A DNA stretch of 64,000 nucleotides from Lachnospira sp. UBA3212. Lineage in GTDB: Bacteria; Bacillota; Clostridia; Lachnospirales; Lachnospiraceae. The notes below the pieces were generated by a model that did no database searches, was not told where the DNA came from, and was given only the letters and a program-made list of their open reading frames with translations. A program made the translations under genes and the position numbers. The stretch is taken from positions 10,745 through 74,744 of the forward strand of contig DEWK01000019.1 of assembly GCA_002363615.1 (NCBI GenBank), written 5' to 3'. How positions within the stretch are numbered: position 1 is the stretch's first letter; every line of letters starts with the position of its first letter. Positions 9,255-18,187 of this stretch are shown here, in pieces.

Positions 9255-12200
9255 ATGAACGTTAAATTTGTAAAATATAATAGCTATCGATGTCCGGACT
9301 ATCAAATCAGTACATCGATTGTGGAAGAGAATGGAAAAAAATATGCTATTAAAAAGGCATTAACCAAGGAAGCTTACGGGCACTTAAATCTTATGAAGGA
9401 AAGATATGAGGCCTTACAGGACTTTTATAACCGGATTCAGATTACCCCTGTGGAGCAAAAAGATGGGGAAGTTTGGTTTGACTATATCCAGGGCAGGACC
9501 ATGGGTAGTATTTTAAATGATTTTCTTAATCAGAAGGAAAACTTAGTTGAGAAGATTAAGGAATTCTTAGAGGTTCTCTATGATGTAAAAAAGGAGTTTC
9601 TTACAAGTTTTGAAAGTTCTAAGGAATTTGAGAAAATTTTTGGGGCAGGAAGAGAAGTTTTAAATGGCAAGGAAGCCTATAGCTATTGTAATCTGGACAT
9701 GATTTTTGATAACTTCATCAAGAAGGAAGAGAACTATTATGCCATTGACTATGAATGGGCATTTCCTTGTAAGGTGCCGGTGGAATTTTTAAAATTCCAT
9801 ACCTTGTTTATGTTTTATAACAAGAATTCCATGTACCTTTCTTCTTGGTGTTCTATGGAGGAGTTTTTAGGTCTGTTTATCTCTACAGACTTTGTAGAGG
9901 AATATCTTGCAATGGAAGATCATTTTCAACAGGTGGTTCATGGCAAGGATCGTTGTTATATCTACACCAATCATTATGTTAAGAAATTAGACAATTATCA
10001 GATGAAATTAGAACAAGACCAGAGGGATATTTCAGGCCTAAAGGTGGATATGGATGTGCTTCGTATGGAAAAAGATCAGTTAAATAATCGGATTTCAGAA
10101 ATGAACCAAGAGATTCGTCAAAAGGATGAAGAGTTAAAGAGCCTTCGGGAGTATCAGATTGCCCATCCCGGATTTAAAGTGGCGGTTCTTCAAAAGTGTT
10201 ATGGTTTGGCTAGAAAAATATTACCAAACATCGTTTATGCCGGTTTAAGTGTATGGGCAAACTCTGGTTGGTCAGTGTTTTGGTACATGGTGAAAAACCG
10301 TGGAAAGAATAGGGGGCTTTATCAGACCTGGATTGAAAAATGCGAAAGTGATCCTATGATTTATGAGGAACTTCCGTATCAGCCGTTGATTTCCATTGTC
10401 TGTCCTGTTTATAATGTGGCAGATGACCAGTTGATTGCTTGTATTGAATCGGTTCAAAAGCAGACCTATCCAAATTGGGAACTTTGCTTGGTAGACGATT
10501 GTTCCACCCAGGAAAGCGTACGCAAGGTGCTTTCTAAATATGAAGGACAGGAAAAAATCAAGATTCATCTTCGCAAGGAAAATGGTCATATCTCAAGGGC
10601 TACCAATGATGGAATTCAGATGGCAAGCGGTGAATTTATTGCTCTTTTAGATTGTGATGACTTATTAACTCCGAATGCCCTTTATGAAATGGCCAAGAAG
10701 TTAAATGAGAATCCGGCCTATGACTTTATCTATTCCGATGAAGACAAGGTGGATGAAAAGGGCAAGAACCGAAACAACCCACATTTCAAGCCGGATTGGT
10801 CTCCGGACACTATGATGTCTTTGATGTACACTTGTCATTTCTCTATGTTTAGAAAAACCATGATAGAGCAGGTTGGCGGCATGAGAGTTGGCTTAGAGGG
10901 TTCTCAGGATTACGATTTGGTTCTTCGCGTTATGGAAGTAACCAATCAGATTGGCCATATTCCAAAGATTTTATACCACTGGAGAACCAGAGCCGAGTCT
11001 ACTGCAAATGACATGGCTGCTAAGCCTTATATTTTAAATTCAACCATTAAGGCCAAGGAAGATGCTTTAGAGCGTCGAGGCTTAAAGGGTCATTTGGAAT
11101 TTATTGAAAGTGTAGCCCAGTATCGAGTAGTTTATGAGCCACAAAACAATCCAAGGGTGGGAATCGTTATTCCGTCCAAGGATAATTACAAGGTCCTAAG
11201 CAAATGTATTAATACGATTGAACATGGAACCAAATATCGTAACTTCCGTATAATCTTAGTGGATAACGGAAGTAATGAAGAAAACCGCGCTAAGTACGAG
11301 GAATTGTGCAAGCCTTACGGTATTACCTACAAGTACGAAAAGATGGATTTCAACTTCTCTAAGATGTGTAACATTGGTGCAGCAGAGGCTACCGATTGTG
11401 ACTACCTCCTCTTTTTGAACGATGATATTGAAATCATTATGGATGAGTGGCTAGAGCGTATGCTTGGTCAGGCTCAGGTTTCTTACACTGGTGCAGTTGG
11501 TGCAAAGCTTATCTATCCAAACAGCAATTTGATCCAGCACTGTGGTGTGGTTAATTACAAGGTGGGTCCAGGCCATGCCTTTAGCCGATTTGATGACAAC
11601 TTAAATTGTTATTTCGGTAGAAATATTTTAGATTATAACTATTCCGTAGTAACGGGAGCTTGTCTTCTGTTAAAGAAGTCGATCTTTGAGGAGATCGGAG
11701 GATTTAATGAGGACCTTCCGGTTGCCTATAATGATGTGGACTTATGCTTTAAGCTGGTGGAGCACGGTTATTATAATGTAGTTCGTAACGATGTAAGATT
11801 AATTCATCATGAATCTGTCAGCAGAGGTTATGATGATGTTACCCCAGAAAAGGCAGCCCGTCAGAAACGTGAGATGGCAAAGCTTTATGAGCTTCATCCT
11901 ATGTTTAAAAATGGTTATGATCCATGCTACAATCCAAATCTTGTTGGAAACAGTGGAGACTTTAAGATTGATGTAGAAAGTGGCTTAAATAAAATCTATG
12001 ACCTGCAATCGGTCAATGCCTCTTCCATTCCGGAGGCAGGTGAGTCGGATGGGATCAAGTATTCCTTGGACAGTATGACTCAAAACGATGGACTTCTTCA
12101 ATTTAACGGCTGGATTTTTTCAGACGCAGTTAGAAACAACAAGAAGAAACCGATTGCCATTCTTTTGGAAGGAGATAAGGAAAGTTATCGTGCCGACCTG

Positions 12201-12374
12201 GATAAGGTCTTCCGTATGGACTTGGTAAACACCTATGGAAAGAAAGGGAATAAGGGATTCTCTGGATTTGAATGTATGGTAAAGGAAACTTCCATGGCTC
12301 CCGGAGCCTATCAGGTATACTTGATTTACCAGGGCAAGAAGATATCAGTAAAAAGAAATTTTGTAATTGCATAA
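9255..12374 (+). CDS. Multidomain glycan polymerase-like protein: kinase-like N-domain, coiled coil, two GT2 modules and a C-terminal beta-rich domain
   Basis: Strong RBS GAAGGAGG. Residues 1-240 carry YAIKK, NLDMIFDN (D-x4-N) and IDYEW. Residues ~245-300 are rich in heptad repeats. GT2 module 1 has ISIVCPVYN, DCDD and the YHWR region. GT2 module 2 has VGIVIPSKDN and FLNDDIE. Confidence 0.8.
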   Translation: MNVKFVKYNSYRCPDYQISTSIVEENGKKYAIKKALTKEAYGHLNLMKERYEALQDFYNRIQITPVEQKDGEVWFDYIQGRTMGSILNDFLNQKENLVEKIKEFLEVLYDVKKEFLTSFESSKEFEKIFGAGREVLNGKEAYSYCNLDMIFDNFIKKEENYYAIDYEWAFPCKVPVEFLKFHTLFMFYNKNSMYLSSWCSMEEFLGLFISTDFVEEYLAMEDHFQQVVHGKDRCYIYTNHYVKKLDNYQMKLEQDQRDISGLKVDMDVLRMEKDQLNNRISEMNQEIRQKDEELKSLREYQIAHPGFKVAVLQKCYGLARKILPNIVYAGLSVWANSGWSVFWYMVKNRGKNRGLYQTWIEKCESDPMIYEELPYQPLISIVCPVYNVADDQLIACIESVQKQTYPNWELCLVDDCSTQESVRKVLSKYEGQEKIKIHLRKENGHISRATNDGIQMASGEFIALLDCDDLLTPNALYEMAKKLNENPAYDFIYSDEDKVDEKGKNRNNPHFKPDWSPDTMMSLMYTCHFSMFRKTMIEQVGGMRVGLEGSQDYDLVLRVMEVTNQIGHIPKILYHWRTRAESTANDMAAKPYILNSTIKAKEDALERRGLKGHLEFIESVAQYRVVYEPQNNPRVGIVIPSKDNYKVLSKCINTIEHGTKYRNFRIILVDNGSNEENRAKYEELCKPYGITYKYEKMDFNFSKMCNIGAAEATDCDYLLFLNDDIEIIMDEWLERMLGQAQVSYTGAVGAKLIYPNSNLIQHCGVVNYKVGPGHAFSRFDDNLNCYFGRNILDYNYSVVTGACLLLKKSIFEEIGGFNEDLPVAYNDVDLCFKLVEHGYYNVVRNDVRLIHHESVSRGYDDVTPEKAARQKREMAKLYELHPMFKNGYDPCYNPNLVGNSGDFKIDVESGLNKIYDLQSVNASSIPEAGESDGIKYSLDSMTQNDGLLQFNGWIFSDAVRNNKKKPIAILLEGDKESYRADLDKVFRMDLVNTYGKKGNKGFSGFECMVKETSMAPGAYQVYLIYQGKKISVKRNFVIA

Positions 12375-12391
12375 AAGGGCCAGCCGGCCGC

Positions 12392-12428
12392 AAAAAAAAG
12401 ATACCTTGGAAATTCCAGGGTATCTTTT
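12392..12428. terminator. Bidirectional rho-independent terminator (GT operon / aqpZ)
   Basis: A8, then GATACCTTGGAA paired with TTCCAGGGTATC, then TTTT. It sits between convergent genes. Confidence 0.8.
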
Positions 12429-12442
12429 AATAATATCTTTTA

Positions 12443-13135
12443 TTACTTTGTTGTCTTATTGGTAAAGAGAATTGGATAAACAAGAGCAGCAAGAGCAGCG
12501 CCTGCAAGTGGTCCAACGATAAATACCCAAACTTGCTTTAAGTGATCAAAACCTGCAAAAAGAGCTGGGCCAAGAGATCTGGCTGGGTTTACAGATGTAC
12601 CGGTAAAGTTAATGGTTGTCAGGTGAATTAAGGTTAAGGTTAAACCAATTACAATACCTGCAATGTTCGCATGCTCAGCCTTAGCGGTAACCTGAAGGAT
12701 TACTAATACAAAGATAAGGGTAGTAATAATCTCAACAATTAAAGCACCGATCAGGTTCATCTCACATCCTGAGAATTCTCCAAAACCATTGCTACCAAGA
12801 GCATCGAAAGAATCTAAGAGATAGTCCTGATCTCCATCAACAGTGGCAGAAAGGATCTTAAGGATAAGAGCTGCAATAACAGAACCTGCAACCTGAGCAA
12901 CTACATAACCGACAAAGTCAGCCTGAGATAATCTCTTTGTCATGTAGAAACCGAGAGAAACGGCAGGATTTAAATGAGCTCCAGAAATGTTTCCGATTGA
13001 GTAAGCAGCCGCAATAATGGATAAACCAAAGGCCAGTGATGTAGGAACTAGGCTTCCTCCACTAACAATCGCAGTTCCGCAACCGAAAAATACCAAAATA
13101 AAGGTTCCGATGCATTCAGCTAAATACTTGTTCAT
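12443..13135 (-). CDS. aqpZ: Aquaporin / MIP-family channel
   Basis: 230 aa with two NPA boxes (HLNPAVSLG and SVNPARSLGP) and 6 TM segments. An RBS AGGAGG lies upstream. Confidence 0.9.
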   Translation of the reverse strand: MNKYLAECIGTFILVFFGCGTAIVSGGSLVPTSLAFGLSIIAAAYSIGNISGAHLNPAVSLGFYMTKRLSQADFVGYVVAQVAGSVIAALILKILSATVDGDQDYLLDSFDALGSNGFGEFSGCEMNLIGALIVEIITTLIFVLVILQVTAKAEHANIAGIVIGLTLTLIHLTTINFTGTSVNPARSLGPALFAGFDHLKQVWVFIVGPLAGAALAALVYPILFTNKTTK

Positions 13136-13307
13136 AAGTACCTCCTAAAAAATAATAATTAGGGATTTTTCCCAAACAAAAAATCCCCTACTCCATATTC
13201 ATTATAAAGGATTTTCAGGTCAATTGCAATGTACAAAAAAAGAAAAATGTGCTATCATCGGAAACAAATAAAGAAGTGAGTAGATAGAAATAGAAAAGGA
13301 AAAGCCA

Positions 13308-13751
13308 ATGGCAGAAAAATATCAGTTATCGCTTGCGGAGGTTATAACCGTATATCTGGCTTCGCAAAAAAAATATTTAGAGAAAAAAGGATATCGTGAT
13401 GTGACTAACTCGGAGGCCAATGCCATTTTACAGATTGGAAATGGAAAGCCACGAAGGATTGGAGAAATTGCCGATGACCTTTTGCTAACCAAGGGAACCT
13501 TATCAATTACCATGAATTCCCTGGTAAAAAAAGGATATGCCATCAAGCGAAGAGGAATGAGTGATAAGCGTGCAATCTATATTTCTCTTACTCCGATGGG
13601 AGAAAAGGTTTTAGAGGTGTTAACGGAGTTTCATGAAGAAACCGTAATGGCCTATATGAAAAACCAGACACCGGAAGGAGAAAAGGTTTTGTATGATTCA
13701 TACCAGAGCTTGATGTGTTATTTACGTGGAGAAATCAATTATGAGAAATGA
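13308..13751 (+). CDS. MarR-family transcriptional regulator
   Basis: 147 aa with a winged-HTH pattern: RIGEIADDLLLTKGTLSITMNSLVKKGYAIKRRGMSDKRAIYISLTPMGEKV. Confidence 0.8.
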   Translation: MAEKYQLSLAEVITVYLASQKKYLEKKGYRDVTNSEANAILQIGNGKPRRIGEIADDLLLTKGTLSITMNSLVKKGYAIKRRGMSDKRAIYISLTPMGEKVLEVLTEFHEETVMAYMKNQTPEGEKVLYDSYQSLMCYLRGEINYEK

Positions 13752-14850
13752 AAAAAGAGAGAATAAAAGGCTTGAGGTGGAGGCTTACCTGAAAAGCCGA
13801 GGATTTGTGAGTCTTTCTTCGGGCGAGGCGGGGCTTCATTTCTTTGGGGCATCCATTCATAATAGCAGCGAATCAGGCTTTGGACTTGTGGTCCTGATTT
13901 GGGAGGATGGAAGCGGTCGGGAAGAAAAAATCAGAAGAATCCAAACCATCTACGAAAATGTTAAGGATAGTAAGCAGGAAACCATTTACTTATTAGGAAT
14001 CCTTTTTTCCGAAGATCAGGCAGAGGAGTGGGCCATGGATTCCTTCCCTTGCTGGATCCTCGATTTTTCAAGGAAGGAACTGAAGGGTTCCAATAGTGCT
14101 CCCAGAGACCTGGCAGGCATGAGAGAACATGTAAGAGAAATCTTAGTCAATGATCAGGTGGTGTATCAGGAAGTTAAGAAAGAGAAGCCAAAGGCAACAA
14201 AAACAAATGATTTCAATACAAGGAAACAGGCAATCAGACGCTTGCAATATCAGCCTTATATGACCATTCTTTTAATGGCACTGAATATCCTGTATTTTCT
14301 TTTTCTGGAAATCATAGGTGATACAAGGGGGGAAAGTCAGGAGTCCCTCATGTTTATGTTGAAGTACGGGGCAGATTACTGGGTAAATGTCTTTGAGAAT
14401 GGAGAGCTGTATCGACTCTTTACCTCCATGTTTATTCATTTTGGAATTGAACATTTGGCAGGAAACATGCTGGCCCTTTATATTTTTGGAAAGATTGCAG
14501 AGGGTGCAGTGGGGCATGTAAGATACCTAATCTTTTATTTGGTTAGTGGTTTAGGAGCTAGTCTCTGTTCCTGCGTCTTTAATATGATTCATGATACCAA
14601 TACGATTTCCGGAGGAGCATCGGGAGCAATCTATGGAGTAATGGGAATGGTGCTTGCCATGCTTATTGTATCTAGTAAGAGAAGCGCAACCATGGAAGTA
14701 TTAAAGGTCAGAATGGGAATTATGGTGGTCTTTATGGTCTTTGATGGAATGAGCATGGCAGGAGTAGATTGGGTTGCTCATTTGGGCGGATTAGTAGTGG
14801 GCCTCTTAGTGACCTTGGCTTTTCGTGATCGGAAAAGAAAACTATTTTAG
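13726..14850 (+). CDS. Rhomboid-family intramembrane serine protease with a ~170-aa cytoplasmic N-domain
   Basis: The catalytic GASGAIYG (GxSG) and the AHLGG histidine sit in TM segments, and WRLFTSMFIHFG-like YRLFTSMFIHFG is present. The start could be 13726 or 13741; either overlaps the marR stop. Confidence 0.85.
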   Translation: MEKSIMRNEKRENKRLEVEAYLKSRGFVSLSSGEAGLHFFGASIHNSSESGFGLVVLIWEDGSGREEKIRRIQTIYENVKDSKQETIYLLGILFSEDQAEEWAMDSFPCWILDFSRKELKGSNSAPRDLAGMREHVREILVNDQVVYQEVKKEKPKATKTNDFNTRKQAIRRLQYQPYMTILLMALNILYFLFLEIIGDTRGESQESLMFMLKYGADYWVNVFENGELYRLFTSMFIHFGIEHLAGNMLALYIFGKIAEGAVGHVRYLIFYLVSGLGASLCSCVFNMIHDTNTISGGASGAIYGVMGMVLAMLIVSSKRSATMEVLKVRMGIMVVFMVFDGMSMAGVDWVAHLGGLVVGLLVTLAFRDRKRKLF

Positions 14851-14870
14851 TTTCATAGTGTTTTGACTAC

Positions 14871-14908
14871 AAAAAAACCACAACTTGATTTTTAAGTTGT
14901 GGTTTTTT
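14871..14908. terminator. Bidirectional terminator (rhomboid / HIT operon)
   Basis: A7, then ACCACAACTT paired with AAGTTGTGGT, then T6. It sits between convergent genes. Confidence 0.8.
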
Positions 14909-14944
14909 CATCTATCTCTTGACTAATATCGAAAATAGCCGTTT

Positions 14945-15343
14945 TTAGTCGATTAAGGAATCTAAAAATGCTTCATCCTGACTTCCTGGCTTCCAGTTTG
15001 CGATGCTCTTGTCATCTCCTTTGTAACGAGGAATCAGGTGAAGATGGAAATGAAAAACGGTTTGTCCAGCGGCTTCTCCGTTGTTTTGAACCAGGTTCAT
15101 ACCGTCTGCACCGGTCTTTTCCATCAAGCTGGCAGCCATTTCCTTGGCAAAAGGAAGAAGCTTGGCAGCTAATTCATCTGGCATTTCAAAAAGGTTTGCA
15201 TAGTGCTTTTTTGGAAGAATCAAAGCGTGACCCTTGCTGGCAGGAGCTGCATCAAAAATCACACGAAAATCCTTATTTTCAAAAAAAGTTTTGGTAGGAA
15301 TCTCTCCGTTTGCTAATTTACAAAAAATACAATCACTCATCAT
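14945..15343 (-). CDS. HIT-family (histidine triad) nucleotide hydrolase
   Basis: 132 aa with the HFHLHLIP triad and the typical N-terminus CIFCKLANGEIP. Confidence 0.9.
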   Translation of the reverse strand: MMSDCIFCKLANGEIPTKTFFENKDFRVIFDAAPASKGHALILPKKHYANLFEMPDELAAKLLPFAKEMAASLMEKTGADGMNLVQNNGEAAGQTVFHFHLHLIPRYKGDDKSIANWKPGSQDEAFLDSLID

Positions 15344-15392
15344 AATCTCCTTTCTTTGGGCAAGTGCTACTTATAGTTTAACACATTCCGGT

Positions 15393-16457
15393 TTATTTTG
15401 CTTCTTGTTGGATGAGATTTGTGATGGTTAAAATGGCATCACGGTTGGTCGCCTGTTCCATGGCAGAAATGTAATCCTGTCGTTTTTGATAAACCTCCCA
15501 AATGGCCTGACATAAAACGTTGGGGCGAATCATTTCCTCCTGAAGGACGTAAGAAAATCCCTGCTTGCGGAAAGATTCGGCATTTAAAAGCTGGTCTCCA
15601 CGGCTCTGACTGGCAGGGAGAGGAATTAGGATGTTTGGCTTGTGAAGGGCCAGGATTTCAAAAATAGCATTGGCGCCGGCACGGGATAGAATAATATCTG
15701 CGGCAGCAAATAAATCTTTCATTTCCTCTGAGATATACTCAAACTGAACATAGCCAGGATAAGAATCATAAGAAGGGTCTTTTTTGCCCTTTCCGGTCAA
15801 ATGAATAATCTGGAAGGATTTGGTAAGGGTATCTAGGGAGGCACGTACCGCTTCGTTAATGGCCTTGGCTCCTAAACTTCCTCCTACCACCAAAAGGACA
15901 GGGAGGTTAGAGTGGAAGCCAGCAAGTTTCAATCCGGCCTTTGGGTTTCCGGTGAAAAGTTCTTTGCGGATAGGAGAACCAGTTAAGACACCCTTGCCCT
16001 CTGGCAAATGCTCTGCCGTTTCAGGGAAGTTATGACAGACTTTTTTTGCATGGGGAATGCTTAAGCGGTTTGCCAGTCCGGGAGTCATATCAGACTCATG
16101 AATAATTACAGGAACGCCTAATTGATCTGCGGCAAAGACTACAGGAACGGTTACGAATCCACCCTTGGAAAAAACCACGTCTGGCTTGTAGTCCTTAATG
16201 ATTTTCTTGGCCTCAGAAAAACCCTTTAAAACCCGGAAGGGATCGGTAAAGTTTTTAAGAGAAAAGTAACGGCGAAGCTTACCTGAGGAAATCCCCTGAT
16301 AAGGGATGCCTTCCTTTTCAATCAACTCCTTTTCGATTCCCTGATAGGTTCCCACATAAAGAATGTCATAGCCTAATTCTCTTAAAGCAGGGACCAGGGC
16401 AATATTTGGTGTTACATGACCGGCGGTTCCGCCTCCGGTAAGAATAATCTTCTTCAT
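15393..16457 (-). CDS. murG: Undecaprenyl-PP-MurNAc-pentapeptide UDP-GlcNAc transferase
   Basis: MKKIILTGGGTAGHVTPNIAL, GGSLGA and the C-terminal GT28 motifs are present. The ATG at 16457 lies 8 nt after GGAAGGGAG. The ORF-track start at 16475 is a TTG. Confidence 0.9.
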   Translation of the reverse strand: MKKIILTGGGTAGHVTPNIALVPALRELGYDILYVGTYQGIEKELIEKEGIPYQGISSGKLRRYFSLKNFTDPFRVLKGFSEAKKIIKDYKPDVVFSKGGFVTVPVVFAADQLGVPVIIHESDMTPGLANRLSIPHAKKVCHNFPETAEHLPEGKGVLTGSPIRKELFTGNPKAGLKLAGFHSNLPVLLVVGGSLGAKAINEAVRASLDTLTKSFQIIHLTGKGKKDPSYDSYPGYVQFEYISEEMKDLFAAADIILSRAGANAIFEILALHKPNILIPLPASQSRGDQLLNAESFRKQGFSYVLQEEMIRPNVLCQAIWEVYQKRQDYISAMEQATNRDAILTITNLIQQEAK

Positions 16458-16475
16458 AAAAATGCTCCCTTCCAA

Positions 16476-17972
16476 TCACACGTCACGATCACTAATGGTA
16501 GCTCCTGAAAGAACCTTTTGAATCAGGCTGCTTGCAGTAGACACGGAATCCTCATCTAAGACCACGGTAGAAACCTGGCTGGAAGAGATGGAATAGGTGT
16601 AGTTGCGAGCGCTGCTACCAGTGACATGGTAAGACTTAATATTCCAATCGGCAGAATCCTTTAACTGCATACGGACTAGGGCAGTAATATCAGAAGATTC
16701 CAAACTGGTACGGAAGGAATCCTTTGCTCCTTCCATTAAGGTGGCGTAATTACTTAAAATAGCCGGACTTAACATCTTGTCAATAATAGCGGTCATAACC
16801 TGGGTTTCGTGACGGTTACGTGCCAAATCTCCATCTGCAAATGCCTTTCTTTCTCTGGCATAGTTTAAGGCGTGGATTCCGTCCATGCTCTGGGTTCCGG
16901 CCTTATAGGTCATACCATCCACAGAGGTAAAGGACTCTTCGCAATCAATGGTAATACCACCTAAGGCGTTGATAATATTTTCAAAACCACTAAAGTTTAA
17001 CATAACATAGTAATCGATTTGGCAACCGTAAAGACCACCTAAGGTAGACATAGAAACATCTACACCGAAGTTACCGGCGTGGGTTAACTTATCCATATTA
17101 CCGGAGCCGATATTGCCACTTGGATCCACCAATTCTACATAGGAATCTCTTGGGGTGGAAATCAGAAGCACCTGTTTCGTGGTTGGATTCACTACGGCAA
17201 GCAGGTTTACATCGGAACGACCGGTGGTGGAAACTGCACCTGTCTGATCATTTCCGGAAAGGAAAACAATGAAAGGTTCCTTTGTTACACTTACATTACC
17301 GGTATTTTTGATAATCTGCTTGTAGGTAAAGGTTTTAATCACACGGGTTTCCTTGGAAAAGTTTTCGTATTCCTCCTCAAACTGACCGCGGAAGGCTTCA
17401 TTAAAGATAATGGCCTTGACCTTTTTATGGTAGAGGGCAGAAACCATGGTGTTGTAATCCTTGTAAGCCTTATAATCTAAGGCGTTTTTTGTTTTCTTCT
17501 CAATGCTTGCAATGGCCTTATCTGTATTGGTACGATCAACGGTTTTTGAGATACCGAAACGATAATCCTTTACATCAGAAAGGCTCTTAGCAGAATCTTC
17601 CTCTAATACAAGTACAGATACTTCAATGGTTTGGATGGTGTTACCGGTGATCGCCGACAGGGCACCGTTTCCAACGCCTACATAGTAGAGACCGGCAATC
17701 ATGGCAAGACTGATTAAAATCGACCAGATTTTACCGAAGGTTCGGGTTTTTCTTCCGTGACCAAGGGCAAAGGAGATGAATACGAAAACGAAAAGAAGGG
17801 CTCCCGCTATCATCAAATAGACTTCAGGAAGCATTCCCATAAAGGCAACTAGTCCCATAAAGGCTACAGATAGGAGGAGTTGAATCACGGCTAGGATTCT
17901 ACAAACCTTCTTGCTTTTTTTGGCCTTCTTACGTCGAAGGATCTTGTCGTTTTCCGGGTTTCTTGATTTCAT
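16476..17972 (-). CDS. LytR-CpsA-Psr (LCP) family glycopolymer-peptidoglycan ligase
   Basis: A basic N-terminus is followed by TM helices. LCP-core motifs are present: LISTPRDSYV, MLNFSGFENIINALGGI and ALNYARERKAFADGDLARNRHETQV. Confidence 0.85.
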   Translation of the reverse strand: MKSRNPENDKILRRKKAKKSKKVCRILAVIQLLLSVAFMGLVAFMGMLPEVYLMIAGALLFVFVFISFALGHGRKTRTFGKIWSILISLAMIAGLYYVGVGNGALSAITGNTIQTIEVSVLVLEEDSAKSLSDVKDYRFGISKTVDRTNTDKAIASIEKKTKNALDYKAYKDYNTMVSALYHKKVKAIIFNEAFRGQFEEEYENFSKETRVIKTFTYKQIIKNTGNVSVTKEPFIVFLSGNDQTGAVSTTGRSDVNLLAVVNPTTKQVLLISTPRDSYVELVDPSGNIGSGNMDKLTHAGNFGVDVSMSTLGGLYGCQIDYYVMLNFSGFENIINALGGITIDCEESFTSVDGMTYKAGTQSMDGIHALNYARERKAFADGDLARNRHETQVMTAIIDKMLSPAILSNYATLMEGAKDSFRTSLESSDITALVRMQLKDSADWNIKSYHVTGSSARNYTYSISSSQVSTVVLDEDSVSTASSLIQKVLSGATISDRDV

Positions 17973-18139
17973 AGTTTATTCCTCATTTCCAAAGTAATGT
18001 TTTTTTCTTCTGTAAAATGATAACACGCTTCATTATACACCAGATGAAAATTAAAACAAGTTTTGAAATGATAAGATAGCTTGCTAATCTGAACATTGGG
18101 TGAAAATTCACAAAATTTTAACAAAAAAAGGGGGCTTTA

Positions 18140-18148
18140 TGGTAAAAT
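18140..18148 (+). promoter_or_regulatory. Possible extended -10 element for the ABC triad
   Basis: TGgTAAAAT lies 40 nt upstream of the start at 18188. There is no good -35 at 17 nt. Confidence 0.3.
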
Positions 18149-18187
18149 TTCCAACATAAGTCTGTAGGAAAGGCGGAAAGGATAGGT

